Positions 63,102-64,000 of a stretch of 64,000 nucleotides of DNA are shown here, one piece after another. The position numbers and the translations under genes are program-made. The stretch lies in the NCBI GenBank assembly GCA_977016875.1, contig CDRNST010000004.1, positions 806,001 through 870,000 of the forward strand. The letters run 5' to 3'. How positions within the stretch are numbered: the first letter of the stretch is position 1; each line of letters begins with the position of its first letter. The notes beneath the pieces are model-generated. The model did not search any database, was not told the origin of the DNA, and saw only the letters and a program-made list of their open reading frames with translations. The DNA comes from Pavona decussata. Lineage: Eukaryota.

Positions 63102-64000
63102 TGCATATCTTCCTCGTTGTCCTCATCTTTATCTTCGTCTTCGTCTTCCTGTTCAAAAGAACACTTTGCACAGAAGGGACCAATTTGTCAACCTCTTAGT
63201 TGCCATCTTTGGCCATTTGGATTTTGATCTTCAAAAGACCTTTGAAAGGAATTCTTCTACAGATAGGTTTAATAGTTAGCACGCTTTATGTGTTGTTTAA
63301 GAGCTACTTTTGTTGGAGGAAGCTGATAAGCCTGCATTTTCCTGCTTATGCAGAACATCATATCTGATCTCATTTATTCCTTCTTCGCCACTGCCATTGT
63401 GCAACGGATGTACACGAAGTGCTCTACGTTTGCAATCCCTTCATCTCCTGGTGGCACTACTGCTTCACCGATACCCTCAAGGTTGTCTTTCACCTCTTGT
63501 TTTTCTATTACAATCTTTAAGCCTTTCTTCTTTCCTTGCCCATGCCAGTGAAGGTACCAACAGTGTCACTTGGCACACTGATGAGGTGAGATCTGCATCA
63601 TGTTCCACCGATCGATGATATGCATGCTGAGATAATTATTTGTCTGGTGGAAACAAGCTAGAACTTCGATATTAGTATCTGATGAGCTTATGGCAACTGA
63701 TGTGTGCCTATAGGACAAGGCATGATACGCTTGCAAAAACATCCAAGTGTTGGCATCTTCTTGGTTGCTCCAGAGCTGCAAGGCTACGCTGGGCACAATC
63801 GTTTCATAAACAACTTCAATTTTGGTATGGTTGTTTCCATGTGAAACATGGAGGGTATGAGCTCCAACCTCCTTGTCATACTTGCTAGTTGACCACTTAT
63901 TTATGAGAAAGTGCATAAGCCGGGGTTTCCTGGTGCCATTTGACATAAACGTCTTCCACTGGGGAGGGCAGGGCTGCTGGCGACTGCTTATGGCGAGGAC

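Larger units (their letters stand above)
61487..64000 (-). mobile_element. Academ-like transposon 3' part (XPG/PIN-like nuclease domain remnant)
   Basis: FLINKW..SNQEDANTWMFLQAYHA..ISSSDTNIEVLA (EEADTR/DTDV-like) and DTVGTFTGMGK. Acidic C-terminus is split by the Penelope insertion. Left boundary tentative. Confidence 0.6.

Overview
AT-rich eukaryotic DNA. The repeat families and GT-AG introns suggest a marine invertebrate, most likely a stony coral or other cnidarian; this is an inference. The window is almost entirely a nested graveyard of degraded transposable elements. DNA transposons: DUF6729-type, Kolobok-like (x3), piggyBac (x3), Tc1/mariner MITE, Sola (x2), hAT-like, Zator, MULE, IS3EU-like, Academ-like and RAG/Transib-like. 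Retroelements: L1/Tx1, CR1/L2, BEL/Pao, a DIRS/Ngaro-like element and a Penelope-like element. There is also the left arm of a Polinton/Maverick and one assembly gap (56131-56292). Most notable: (1) an intronless Frizzled cysteine-rich-domain gene (signal peptide, CRD, S/T/P stalk) whose transmembrane anchor lies in the -1 frame just after an in-frame A-AAT-TTA slippery heptamer and which ends in an L2-LINE-type 3' tail; (2) a minimal hammerhead ribozyme with a U3-A8 compensated core in an inverted Penelope insertion; (3) a Sola element with 21-bp-phased TAACGG arrays in the same orientation at both ends; (4) an apparently spliced Polinton polymerase gene; (5) a hairpin-forming 41/67-bp repeat array between the SGNH ORF and a gag-like ORF of a YR-retroelement. 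Family assignments come from recognised motifs, termini and target-site duplications, not database searches.
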